DNA of 64,000 nucleotides from Perkinsus olseni (Eukaryota): NCBI GenBank assembly GCA_013115125.1, contig JABANN010000111.1, positions 1 to 64,000 of the forward strand, read 5' to 3'. Shown piece by piece: positions 12,395 to 24,525 of this stretch (position 1 is its first letter; each line of letters starts with the position of its first letter). The notes under the pieces were generated by a model. It saw only the letters and a program-made list of their open reading frames with translations, ran no database searches and was not told where the DNA came from. The position numbers and the translations under genes were made by a program.

Positions 12395-12990
12395 AGCATG
12401 TCCCACAGAGGAGAGTCCTCGGTAAGGTGGAGAAGCCGACTTCGTGCCGTACAGCTATGACACGACGATCAGCCTGTCCGCATGAACGCGGCCTGCTCTA
12501 GGTAGAATGTGGGATAAGGCTGCAGGTCATCTCCTTGAATGGGCGAACGAGGCGGGTTTGAGCTGGGAACCTGAGAAGTCCAAGCCTCTTATTTCCCGAA
12601 CCATAAGACAAGACATCAACCTGCAGAATCTCCGTATCCCGGTCGTGGGACGAGGCTCTCTAGTGCCCGTAGATGACCATGAATCTGGCTGTTCGTGCAT
12701 CAGGCGCGAGCTTGGCAGAGCTCATGGAGGGTGCACCGGCTTAGATGCCCCGTGACTCACGGGTCGTGAGGCTTTGGTTGAGTGACCCCACTGGGGTCGA
12801 TGGCGAATGCACAGGAGCTCTGCTCGGGGGCGCAGTTTTTCTTAGGTGAGGTGAATCCGGCTACGGTGGACCCCGTGCACAGCAAGGCAGTCGTGAGCCT
12901 CTGGGTGTGTGGGAAACTGCTGTACGCCACACTGTCGCACAACTTGCCCCTTGAAGGGGCATTATGGCTCGCAACATAGGGGACAGTCGG
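12395..12990 (+). mobile_element. Degenerate non-LTR reverse transcriptase relic
   Basis: Frameshifted CPQ..VLG-like motif near 12397, a decayed YxDD position near 12455, then AAGHLLEWANEAGLSWEPEKS, typical of LINE RT domains 6-7. Confidence 0.5.
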
Positions 12991-13823
12991 CTCCAACGGT
13001 GATCTGATGCCCTTACATCTCACGTAGTACGTGAGTGAAACTCGGCCAACACGGGAGTGTGGGATTGGCATCACTCTGTGTGATAGCTGTGGCCGAAGCG
13101 GCTACTAACTTCGCACAGAGAGATGTATGTGTGCGGGGATTGATTACGCTTAGCGGCTGTGCTAAGACGTCTCACCGCTTGCACACATCTCCCGGGCTGG
13201 GAGGGAAGAGTTCATCTTTCACACCAATAGATATACCGCAGCTCTTGTGGGAGCCACAGTGACCACTATGCGTAGCCTGCTATTATTGTTCGAGTTGAAG
13301 CAGTGAATCCTATCCGTGCGTTCGGCATCTGCACGTAAATATCTTATGTGCTGCGCGTAGAGCGTGTGCGTACATTGTGTAGCGTGCGCACTCCCTTTGT
13401 CCCCGTATTGCACTGACGTAACACTACGCGTACTTACAATGAAAGTAACCAAAATGTGACGCTAGCCATGATGTACACTGTGCGTAAGGGATGATGTACG
13501 CCTACGTGTCACGTAGGCTGTACGCCCGGTAGTTTCGGCCGCTTGTGCGGGTTTGTGCGGATTTCACCCATTTGTAGCGTTTTACGTACGGTACGTAAGT
13601 TGATCGACGCTTTAACGGCTGGATGACTCGGATACGAGTGAGTTTCCGGGGAGTTCCTCTTTTTTATTTCATCAGACTGGGATTAGGTCGTGAGATTGAT
13701 TTGATTTGATCGTGGTGATTCGCTGGTGAGTAACCCAATGACTCATAGGCTTGACCAAGAAGATGCCTTATTCGTGATGGCCCACTTGCAGAGGCGTAGT
13801 CTTACGTGAGCTTCAATTTTCCA

Positions 13824-14627
13824 ATGATGAACTTCGTCTCAACTTGGCTTATCCCCGCTCAACTTCTGGTCGCCACTACGGCTCAGGATGTCGGCAGGTT
13901 CGTCCACGTAACTGGTGTTCATAAGATGACCTTCGATGTGAACGAGGAGGGTGAGGCTGAGCTTCTCCTCATGTCACGTTTCCCCCCTCCACCCGGATCC
14001 CCAAAAGGTAAACAGCTCCGCATTTTGGCTAATCGCTTCGGGCCTTACTCTCTCTTGAAGGTTGGAGATAGCACCCACACCTACGACCTTGCGAATCGCT
14101 CCCGTACCTTCTATTTGACTATCGCAGCGCATTTGAGAGAGGCTGACGCGGCGAGGGCTCACGAGCCTCTGGCTGGTATCCAGACTGGAGACTTGACCAC
14201 CTTGACTTACACCAGCGGTGACAGTTTCACCACCGAGTTCCGTAACGAGACGATCAAGTTCATGAGGGTTGCTCACAGCTTCACTCCGGGTGTTTTCGAA
14301 TACGCCGAGTCCGCGGCTCCCTACTTGAAGCTCACTTACCTGATACGTGCCGACGGTATTGTTGGTATACAGGCTAGTTGTAACAGGCGTCGTACATCTC
14401 AAGTGCCCTTCAAGCTCTCTCGACGCGACAAGGGTGTACAGTACCTTCATTATGATTTGGAGTCTGCTGGTAGGGGTACCGTGGATCAACTTCTTTATAT
14501 GGTGAACATCGTCTGCCCACGCACATACTTGCTTCACGACGATTTATCACGTGTGGTCTTTGCCACGTCTGATACGATCTATGTGGCACTTGGAGGGTCT
14601 CGACTGGCTCTCACCAGAACCAAGTAA
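13824..14627 (+). CDS. Secreted lineage-specific protein, copy D (mosaic of a C-like 5' half and a B-like 3' half)
   Basis: Intact ORF with a signal-peptide-like start; 14141-14633 is nearly identical to 4056-4548. Confidence 0.8.
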   Translation: MMNFVSTWLIPAQLLVATTAQDVGRFVHVTGVHKMTFDVNEEGEAELLLMSRFPPPPGSPKGKQLRILANRFGPYSLLKVGDSTHTYDLANRSRTFYLTIAAHLREADAARAHEPLAGIQTGDLTTLTYTSGDSFTTEFRNETIKFMRVAHSFTPGVFEYAESAAPYLKLTYLIRADGIVGIQASCNRRRTSQVPFKLSRRDKGVQYLHYDLESAGRGTVDQLLYMVNIVCPRTYLLHDDLSRVVFATSDTIYVALGGSRLALTRTK

Positions 14628-15926
14628 CCCTCGGTTCGCCATTTCCAGGCAATAAATGCCTCGGTATCATTAGCCTCTGCCCGACATGGAAGGGCTGTAG
14701 GACTACGAACAAGACACTATCATGATGCTAGTATCATCCGGACTTCTCAAATGTTCCCGTTTCCATTTTCCCTTTTTCTCACGGCACATTGTTCTGGCCT
14801 TGCATGATGAACCCCCGTCTCGGGTGCTGCTGGAGTGTGATTTTTCTCATTATTCGTTACTTAGCCCCTGCGTGGACTTGCATCTTCCGGGCATTCCCCT
14901 GTTTACGGGCGCAGTCACATGGAGAGCTTCGCTAACATCATCAACTCGTTCAATACGATTCATTCGTCTCGGTACTGTAATATCCCTCGAGAGGTTGCGT
15001 TCCTGATTCCTTCGTCGTCCGATCATGGCCATCGTCCGCAGCCGAGTCTGAGCCAGCCTCGTCTCGAGCTCGGAGTTGACAGATTTCTGCAGCTTTTTTA
15101 ATGTTTTTTCAAGTTCACAGTCCGGGCTCAGACTGCTAATTCTTGCATGCTTAGCGAAGGTCCACTGGAAGTCGTTGTAGGACTCCTGTTGGACCCCGCA
15201 CTATTCAGGGGTTAATAATCTGATGGGTGACAATATAGTAATGGAAGCTGCTGTTGCTGCGACGGTCATTGGTCGAGCTTCGAAGCTATGAGTCACCTTG
15301 TCGCCTCCCTGCGAACTCTCCTGTTGATTGACAGATAGAACAGGACGAGATGATGGCAAGGTTTGCCCTGGCCCTTAGCCCGAAAATTTCAGCAGGGACA
15401 TTTTCGGAAATTTTCCGAAAATTTCCGCCGGAATAAAAAATTCCACGAATTTTCTAAAATGGCCCTAAATGTCCCTAGAATTTATTGAAGGTTAACTTGT
15501 TAAACTAGGTTAAATACCGATACGGATGGTCGCGTCGCTCCGCCATCGTAGTAGTTGGTGGCGTAGGCATGAAACCGTGAGGCGAGCGAGCTCCGACTAC
15601 GTCCCACCTGCGTGACCCAGTTAAGGCTAGACGGCGATGATTAATTTTCTCCCCATCCCACCACTCCCGGGAGCAAGTACCGAAAAGGGTGTAGACACGC
15701 ACTGTCGGCAGACTCAGGCTTTGGGTCGCCAAGTGTCTTGCCCTCGTCGGTGCTTCACGGGCCGGTTCGTACCGAACCGACCTACCAGACCCACGCGACC
15801 AGGAGCGGGATATTTAACCAGCGGGGTGTGTGGTGCGACAAATTAGGGCGTCCTAAGTGTGAGCATTGTCCTGCGCTACATCAACACACTCCCGAGGTAC
15901 TCCAAGATTGGGAGTCCAACTGGTAG

Positions 15927-15948
15927 AGTCTACGGTAGACTGTCTACC
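15927..15948. repeat. 22-nt double-palindrome scar, 8-mer AGTCTACC
   Basis: AGTCTAC-GGTAGACT-GTCTACC. Confidence 0.85.
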
Positions 15949-16765
15949 AGTAGACCAGGTGAGCGCCCAGGTCCGGGAAAAGGGAGTCTACCAGGTACTA
16001 CCTGGTTCACTATGAGCCCAATCTACTTATGTTGTGTTCTACAACAACACCTACTGCAACGAGATAGTGCACCGCTAGTGCGATAGTGTACTCACGTTTT
16101 TCGAGCCTGTGTAGCGCAGGTGGGTAATGCTGCTGGTGCATCAGAACTATCGCCTCTGGAAAGTGGTAATTCCCTGGCGAACCAGCGAACAGCACCCACG
16201 CCCGTGCGGAACAGGATCAATATTATTCCTGTATTCCATGCGGTCTTTTCGAATCGTGCTGACTCCTGGAGTCACTTGTGCTGACTCGAGGAGTCAACAC
16301 AATTCATTCTGGCTGTCAGTCTGACGTATTCAGCCCCACTCTCGTCACCTTGCAGTCGTCTCTCCTCCGTTCTAACTTCGTAACGCGACATAGGGAGTCG
16401 AGAGGGCAAGCTAAGATAGGCCGCGCGCAGGCTAGGCGCGAATGCGGGTCGCTAGCCAATATAGCTAATCTGTCTACTTCATCTACTGCGCACGACGTCA
16501 CGCTGTCTCGATGTCAACGATTCCACCACACACCTACACGGCGTAGGTGATCGCGAATGGATTGGGGTCTGATCATCAGGTGTAGGCGGCACCCTCGCAG
16601 TTCATTCGTCACTGCACTCGGGTGCATTCCTCGTAGGATTTCCTCGTGACGCCTATGAACTTTAGTTGCTCGGAATTTCTCCAGAGTCCGCTCCTCCTAA
16701 GCCTGCCAGCTACAAGGGTCTTCTCGAATCATATCCAACATTAGGCCAGTTTGTCCCGCGCATCT

Positions 16766-17865
16766 ATGATTTCCAAGCCTAAGCCTCCTGTTGTCTTCGG
16801 CTTACTTGTCCTTCTAGTCGAGTCTTGCGGAGAAAAGCTTGTTAGGATGACTATATCCCCTCAGAAGACTACAGCCAGTGAGATTTGGGCTGAACTCCTG
16901 GCTAGCCTTAAGGTCGACGGTCAAGACATCACCGTCGTGGTGGACACCGGAACTCCCTACACTTTCTTCGTAGAGAGGCAATGGTACGAGAGGACTCATG
17001 CAGGAGGCTGCGCCAAACTCAAGTTCAAGTGCTATGATTGTAATCCATCGTCTTGCCACGAGGGCCCCACCGAGACGCGCGAATTCTTGGATGGTACGCA
17101 AGTGACGGTCTTCCAACATTCCGGTACAGTTGACTTCGGCACCGCTAATGCGGACGGCATCGATTTCGGGCTGGTTGTCGGCTGTAACCGACGCCCTTTC
17201 GCCGCCCTCGGACTGTCGCCCCCGTGCGCTAAACCCAAGCCATATGTCCCTCTTATGTATCAGCTGCTAGCCAAGCCCGAGAGTCAACGGATTATTGAAA
17301 AAAATGTCTTCTCGGTGTACCTCAATATGCCAAACCCCCCAGTGGTGAGCTCATACTGGGTGGCGAAGACAAGAGCAAATATACCGGTGCTCTGAGATAT
17401 GTGAAAGTTGTGAACAAGGAGGAGCAGTCTATTATGGTTACGGACTTGGGCATCGGTGATGCCTCTAAAAACCGTATCAAAGGTTCACAAGCGGGCTATT
17501 TAGACACGGGATCTAGTGTCATCGGGATATCCGACAAGCTCGAAACGCCAGTTCTCCAGTTGCTTCGGACTACCGGCAAGAAGCCTGTAAGTATCACAAA
17601 GGCCGCTGGTTTCTACGGCCTCGCCTGTGGAGACATCGAAAACTTACCTTCGATAATCTTCTTCATGGAGGAAGACTCCGTGCTCCCTGAGAAGGTGCCG
17701 CTCGAGATACAGCCTGCCAGCTACGTGATTGCAGAATCGGAGTCCTCCTGCATCCTGGCTATCGATTTCGCTGAAACGTGGCTTCTGGGGTTGCCCACAC
17801 TTATTGGTAACTACTATCTATACGATTGGGATAAATCTCGCATTGGTGTTGCCAAGGTGAAATGA
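16766..17865 (+). CDS. Pepsin-like (A1) aspartic protease with one frameshift (pseudogene or sequencing error)
   Basis: Signal-like N-terminus; two catalytic motifs VVDTGT and YLDTGS; FSVYL..SGELILGGED interrupted by a 1-nt shift at the C6 run 17335-17340; C-terminal WLLGLP..YYLYDWDKSRIGVA. Confidence 0.85.
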
Positions 17866-17961
17866 TGCTATTCTTCTAGGCGAAGCCCGGGTCGTAGAGT
17901 TATGTAGAGCTATCATGATGAGTTTTTTTATAACTCTTCAAAAAGGACTTTGCCATAGTCC

Positions 17962-17983
17962 TTCCTCTGAGAGGAATCCTCTC
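17962..17983. repeat. 22-nt double-palindrome scar, 8-mer TTCCTCTC
   Basis: TTCCTCT-GAGAGGAA-TCCTCTC. Confidence 0.85.
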
Positions 17984-20900
17984 AGGCTCACTCGATGATA
18001 ACTTGTATCATTTTGTTGAGAACGACGGCTGTTGAGGCTTGATTCGTCGCGATTCCCCCGATTTACGCTGTTCGAAATATTTGTTTGAGTTCAACGGGAG
18101 GAAATAGTAGTGTTCGTCAATGTTATTCTGTCCCAAGTTTCAGGCTGCAAGCCCGCGTGCAATCCACGGAGCCCTTTCATACAAGTTTCAGCGGGGCAAT
18201 AGATGACGTGCAGACGCTAGTGCGTTGAATATGATCGTGAGTCGACCCAGGACAAAAGGAGATGTTACATCTCAGATCAGGGTTGTCGATAAAGAGAGAT
18301 ATTTTGGATGCATCTGCAGAAAGTCCTGAAGAAATTCCCGCAGGAACTTCCTGTCGGGAAAGTGTCCCGCCTGCGCTGGGACAAAACTCATAAATTCTTT
18401 CAGATCGTGGTGGGATTCTCTGCACTCCGTTTGGCGCTGTCTGGCGAGGCCTGTTAGGTGTTATAACTCCATAACTTCTGGTCTTATGTCCTCATGCCTG
18501 TCGAAGGAGACCGTTCATGGTGGCTGTTCGCTGATGGCTTCGTTCACTTTCATAAGCCCCGAGGACTGGTGAGAGAAGGGTGCTAAAACGATGATTGCTT
18601 TGTGTCCCGAGTTTCCTCCTCCCTGTGATTTGCCTGTGTCGGTGGTGTCCTAGGCTAAGGTGAGCTTTAGTATTTCTATAACTGCTAAGTAATCACAAAT
18701 GGCATCTAGTTCCCCCGAAGCCCTCGGCTCATTGTGATGGACGTAATTAAAACTCTTCCATGTGAGATTTGAAGTGCAAATTTTGAACACTTGGATGACT
18801 CCTCGGTGAGGAAAACTCCCCGCGGAGAGACTCCATGAGGGGGTGTCTGAGAATCTTTCCGCGGAAACTTTCGCAGAAAGTTCTCAGGAAAAACTTCCTA
18901 ATTTTTCCGGGCGCCCTATTTTTTCGGAAAGTTTCCTGAAGAGACTTTTCGACAGTGAGGAAAATTCAACGCAGGAGACCTGCCTCATCATCGTGCACAG
19001 TTACTTGAAGCGTGAGATAGGTTCCATCGACTCAACATGTCACGTCAAGACCTGTGAAATTAGAGAGGGAACATACTATGTTCAACATAGCCATCCGTTT
19101 GGTCTGGTCTGCACACTGGAGTTGCACAATCCATAACCACAATCTGAGGACATATGATATGTCACCTATCGCAAATTTAGAAATTTGTATCCCCATGGAG
19201 AACTTTTCCGCCCAAACCAGAATATTCACTAATTCGCAACCCTCGTAGAAGCGTTGCGGAATGTCTTCTTTGGAACACTGAAAAGTTTCTTTTCGCGAGA
19301 CCTCTGAATGCCCAGAGGCGCAGGCTTCGTTGTGCTGAGAACTCCATTATCATGGTGATCATCACCAGTGGACTCTTGCACCGTCGAAGTCCGACCAGCG
19401 GCATTCGAACCTCCATAACCGGCTCAACCCCGTTGAAGATGAGAGCACCGTCAGGTTCAAGGTTGATGTTACGTAGGTCTAGTCGCAGCGGTCTGAGATG
19501 TATCACGATATTCCCTCGACCGAGTATAGGTATCAGTCCCTGTCCTGGACCGTTTATAGGAGGTTCTCAGAGTTCGACTCGTTAATGATGGAAGTAAGGT
19601 GCGCTAACTCGTGGGAAAGCTAGATTGACTCCAGAAGTCTGTCGACGACTTGAGAGCTTGGGTCATGGCGGCGGTCATCTCTTGCCGCTTCCCAGCGTTG
19701 CTGGCTTGATGTGAGCGTCTCCATGACCCAAGTTGGTGGCTCGCAGCCACCTCAGGGTCGGATAGATTCTATCGTTGTGACCTAGAAGTTGTGAGAATTG
19801 TGGTAGACCACTACTGGTTGTAGAACGTAACATAAGTAGATTGAGCTCACACAGTGAACGGAAGAAAGTTAGATAGACTTCGGAGCAGTCGAGAGAAATA
19901 GAGAGTTGACGATGGGACACTAGTATGAAGCTAGTGAACCCGCACTTCCATTGTGCTATGTGGCTGTTCACTGCTGCGCGGCTACAGCACTTCCATGCTG
20001 CTTCAGCTGACGGGATGCGGGCTTGCCTTCCTCCCGCCTCTCTCTTCAAAGACATTTGTCAAGGCACCAATGGCAAGCTCTGATACTATAAGTGAACTAG
20101 TATCCCTCACACATCTCGTTGACGGCAATTTCAGGGACTCGAACTCATGCCCTTCACGCACTGCTACGTCGACTCATCCAACGGCCAGACACTCGATCGA
20201 GCCTACCACTACTCAGGTCGAATCTGAAAGACGCTACTCCACCGTCTGCCGTGAGTGATCTCTCATCTCGATTAGATTCATCGAGTTTGGAAAGCACACT
20301 GACGTTGCCTACACGTCGCCGCTGCAGCTGAAAATAGCCGATGACGCTGGAGATGAACAGGCTAAGCTAGATGACCCCAGGCGAGATTCAGCATACACGA
20401 GGGAAACGCTCACGCAGTATGCTCAGATTCGCTGTTAGTGGCATGCAAGTGAACTCTACACAAACTATTATTATCGCTGCTCACGAAGTAGGTGATGGCT
20501 CGCGAAGCCTCCTAAGGACGCTCTTCTCCGATAATAGCGAATAGCTAATAAAGGACCACTCTGATCTGATTGATTCCGCGCATTTCGTTCGACAAATCGC
20601 CGTCGGGACGGTGTGGTAACCACACCATCGGGCTGATCCATCAGCCTGATGGATACGTACCGTACATTGACCAGATCATCATCACTGCTGACTCTCCAGG
20701 GTGGGCCCGGGATATTCCTGAGCTTCAGAGGCAACTATTCGCAGTACGCTCAGTCATCCAAGCCTTGGATTCCAAGGTTGCTTATCGGAATTGTGGAATT
20801 TCGATCAACGGAACCCAGTCGACTTGACGTCGTGGGAAACAACTCTATAACGCGGATGGCTCGAGTGCAGAATCTATGTGTGCTTGCCACGAGGACGACC

Positions 20901-21226
20901 AGACTGTCTGGTCCAGACATATCGGTCGTGAATCATCCGACTGGGTGGTGTCTCAGTTCACACCACGAGAGAAGAGAAAGCTGGAGCCGGTCTATCGGAT
21001 AGACCGGCTCCAGCTTGAGGATCCGTTGAGGATAGATTCTATCCTCGACGCTGACGGCATCACAGCCAACCGGTAAGTGTTACTCACGTGAAGGGCACTC
21101 GGCGCGTGTATTGCGTTACTATTCAAGACGTATCACGCAAGCACCTCTCGATGAGCAGTGAAACTCAGTATGAGTAACAATAATGGTCAAGTTGGTGGAG
21201 CCCTGCAGCAGTCAAACACCCATCGG

Positions 21227-24200
21227 TTACTTCTCGTTACCCAGTGTCTCCAACTCTTGACAGAAGGCAGAGGGCGAGACGAAATCAGTAGCGCCGTAGA
21301 TCACCGACCTGAAACAACAAGAATGACAGATGAATGTTCGACTCCACAAGCAGTAGCAACTGTGCTTGCCTTGGCTGGCCAGCGGTGTCCCGGGATCTGC
21401 TAGATGAGGCCCACTCGGAAAGTGTATGCTGCTCGACGTAGTTTCCACCGCCCACCATGAACACTATCGCTTGATGGAAGGACCCTCTCACGCGGGGTAT
21501 ATGCCGACTCCGAGATTCACCCGCCAACTGCAAGGAGAGTGATAGCTTCTCTGTATATCGCAAGCTTCGACCAAAGATTCGCACTGGGCTCATTTCATTC
21601 GGGGCTGCTTACCGTGCTGGCCCGAGGGTCGAAGTATTCATAATCCTGAGTGAGCTTGTTTGCACCGCTCTCGCTCTGCTCCATCAGCTCCGACACGATC
21701 CTTGTTGTCAACGTGTCTTCCCTCATCGGCAGAAGATTCTTCAGATTTTTCAACCCTGAACGGAACAACTCATCCAAAGTCATTGCGGTGAATCACAAAG
21801 ACCATGGCCAGCGGCTCCCCTCTGAAATCATCATCCGCCATACTGAGCTCGGAGCTTACCAGTTAGTAGTCCCTCACCGTGCTGCTGCATCTGACTCGCA
21901 AACTTGTTAGCGAACATCGCGAACCCGCTGGTGGCGCTGAGAAGAGATTAGCCATTTACTAAGACAGCGCGGCAGTGTCGACCTACTCAGCTCCGCCGAA
22001 GGACGCTTGTTGAGGCTCCTTCTGTTGGGGCTGGTCGTCTCCGATCGCCGTCGTGTCCAAGGTGAGCTGACGCATGGACTGGAGGCTCTGAAGGTCAAAC
22101 CGTGAGCTGCCTATCACGAATTGGGCAAAGTGTGGTACTCGAATGAACTCCACTGCTGCCGGGTCTGCTCCGATCTCTTTCAACCGAGCGCAGATGGCCT
22201 CAACCTGCTCTGATGTCAAGTTGGGCTTCCTCAATACAAACACCAGCGCTGCACGTAGTTTATCTGCAGCACCACCAAAACCGTTAGTTCATCCCACGAA
22301 AGGCCGCCGGTTCAATTCCTGGCAGCGACATCTTCTACCAATAGCAGTTCCCTTCCCTTCAGGACTCAGTCTCTCCATCAACGCTGTCATCCCTGCCGTT
22401 CTCCCCTGCGACCCGAATTCTGATTCGGCCTCGTAGTATCTGTATCCACAGATAAAGTCGACCCTAAGTACCGCGGGGTTCCCTGACTTGTTGATTTCCC
22501 TCTCCTGTATTTCCTTCAGCATGGCGCTGGCGATGTTCGTGTGCTCGTCCAACGACCGTTTCATCTCGGTCATTTGAGGAAGGGCATTAATGGCAGATGA
22601 GAGCTTCCTGCAATAGACAGCGGAAATGTTAAACAAGAATCGCTTCGCTCCGCCCTACCCAGCACCGCCATCTTTCGATCGCATCTCCTGTAGTTTCTTG
22701 TTGTACTCTTGTAACTGAGTGTAACCACTGAAATCGATCGCTCGATCGATAATGATACGCCTACCTGCGTGCTCACATCGCTTGCCACAGCCGGGAAGGG
22801 CATGTTGGCGTGTTCCACGAAAAAAGTGTCGGATGAATCCAAATCATAAGTCTTGTGTCCGGCGCCGCCACTGGCCTGATAATGATGGCGATCAGGCGGA
22901 GCGATGCGAAATGAAATTTACTCCGTGCGACCCGCTGCTTTGGCTGCCAGCGTCCGCATCATCAGTCGGAATCTTTACAGTGTTGAGGTTGAGGTCGAAG
23001 AGGTCGTGAGCAAGAGCCTACCAAAGATACCATACAACATGACGCCCCTCACTGCAGGCAGGACCTGGTAAGTCCAGGTGTGGTGGAGCATCGTCGCCAA
23101 GTCCATATCCCGATCCAACAGGATAAGCACTGGGCGTTCGACCCCAGTAGCGTTACTGAAGAGGTCCTGGGTCTGAGGGGACGGACAGATGCCTAGAGTT
23201 CGACGAGTCTCGCCGGCTGACCTGTGCGTTGCCGCTGCGGAGCATGTCCATTAGGCGGGAGTGAAGTCTCTCAGCTACCATGGTGCTGGGGCCCGATTGG
23301 GACTCAGGAGGAGCTCTGATGATGGGGATCTGAATAATGTGATATAGAGCGACGTGGAGGATTCGAACCAGCGACCTCTGGATAGAGAACCACGAAATCT
23401 TACCACTGCGCCATCTTACCTGTCTAATCGTCACTAACATGCTCAGGAGACCGTTCACAATCCGATCTACACAGCCCTCTATAGCCGCGTCAGTAACCTT
23501 CCTGGAATGCAGCTGACTGTATACCTGACCAGCTTACCAAGCTGTAGATGCATCTTCCGCTCGAGATGGTAGGATACAGAATAGCTCAGATTGCACGCAT
23601 CCATCCCACCCATTACCCGCGGCATATTGAGAGAGAATGTTGATGGAGAGAGCGCCACAAAAGCGCAGTACCGATCGACCACCTTCGCGACTCGACTGAT
23701 GTTGCGCGGACTGCGAGAAAAGACTCGTCGAGCCACGGCAACTTCCCCAGGAAACGCGATCTCTGCGCGACTAGCAAGGACACTGAAACTATACCAGCTG
23801 TTATTGAGATCTCACTGAGCCTCTCGGACGTCTACGTTGCAGCGGCGAGGGAGAATCTTCCGACTCGGACTGACGGAGGTTAGTATCCTACTTTCCCTTC
23901 GATTTTTCTAGCATCGATCCCGCCATATACTTCAGGAGGTCATCGGATACTCTCGAAGTGAAATTAACGTACACCTGTCGGCACCGAGGATCGAACCCGG
24001 GACCTTTCGATTACCAGCTTGCCCTACCTGATCATACAGCTTCTTATCACAGCAATCAGCAACTAAACGATCAATATTCTCCTTTGTCGGGTCCATAAAG
24101 TAAACCACCGGAACCTGGCAAGATGAAGCTACCGCTGCTGGCCAGCCATGCGCATGCGTGCACTACATTCGATACAGCCTGTCGATTGTCTTCGAGTTGG

Positions 24201-24525
24201 AGGTACAAAGTAACCCCGTGGTGCCGCAGCGCTCCTACAGACAGGAAAACAACGACAAAATCTCGACTCTCTTTTCACGTTGAACAGACCTACCTATTTT
24301 CAACAGCGGAGCGATGACTTCCTTCCCACTTTTATCATACACCAATACCTTCCATTGTGTGCTTGCCTCCGACAACGGGTCAGCTCCTCGGCCTCCTGAG
24401 CAGCATTGAGGAATACCAAGATTGCAAGATCGAAAGCAGCAGCTACCACTAGCATCTCCAGTCCCGACTGATAGGTTGAGCATCCGTATTAGAGAGGCTC
24501 GCTCAGCTTCTTGGAGGTTCAACAT
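21227..24525 (-). CDS. SLY1: Sec1/Munc18-family vesicle trafficking protein SLY1/SCFD1 (multi-exon)
   Basis: Exons encode [109 protein letters not shown] and VIYGATDFVSP. Confidence 0.93.
23330..23419 (-). pseudogene. 90-nt SLY1 intron consisting mostly of a decayed tRNA (Met-like)
   Basis: GTAAGATGGCGCAGTGGTAAGATTTCGTGGTTCTCTATCCAGAGGTCGCTGGTTCGAATCCTCCACG...TTCAG contains an A-box, variable loop AGGTC and a B-box at tRNA spacing; stems are broken; flanking exons join as VTIRQ|IPIIRA. Confidence 0.7.
23975..24027 (-). pseudogene. 53-nt SLY1 intron consisting of the 3' part of a tRNA (Thr-like loop CTGGTAA)
   Basis: GTAGGGCAAG-CTGGTAA-TCGAA-AGGTC-CCGGG-TTCGATC-CTCGG-TGCCGAC-A-G; intact T-arm; flanking exons join as KKLYDQ|VYVNFTS. 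Confidence 0.75.
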
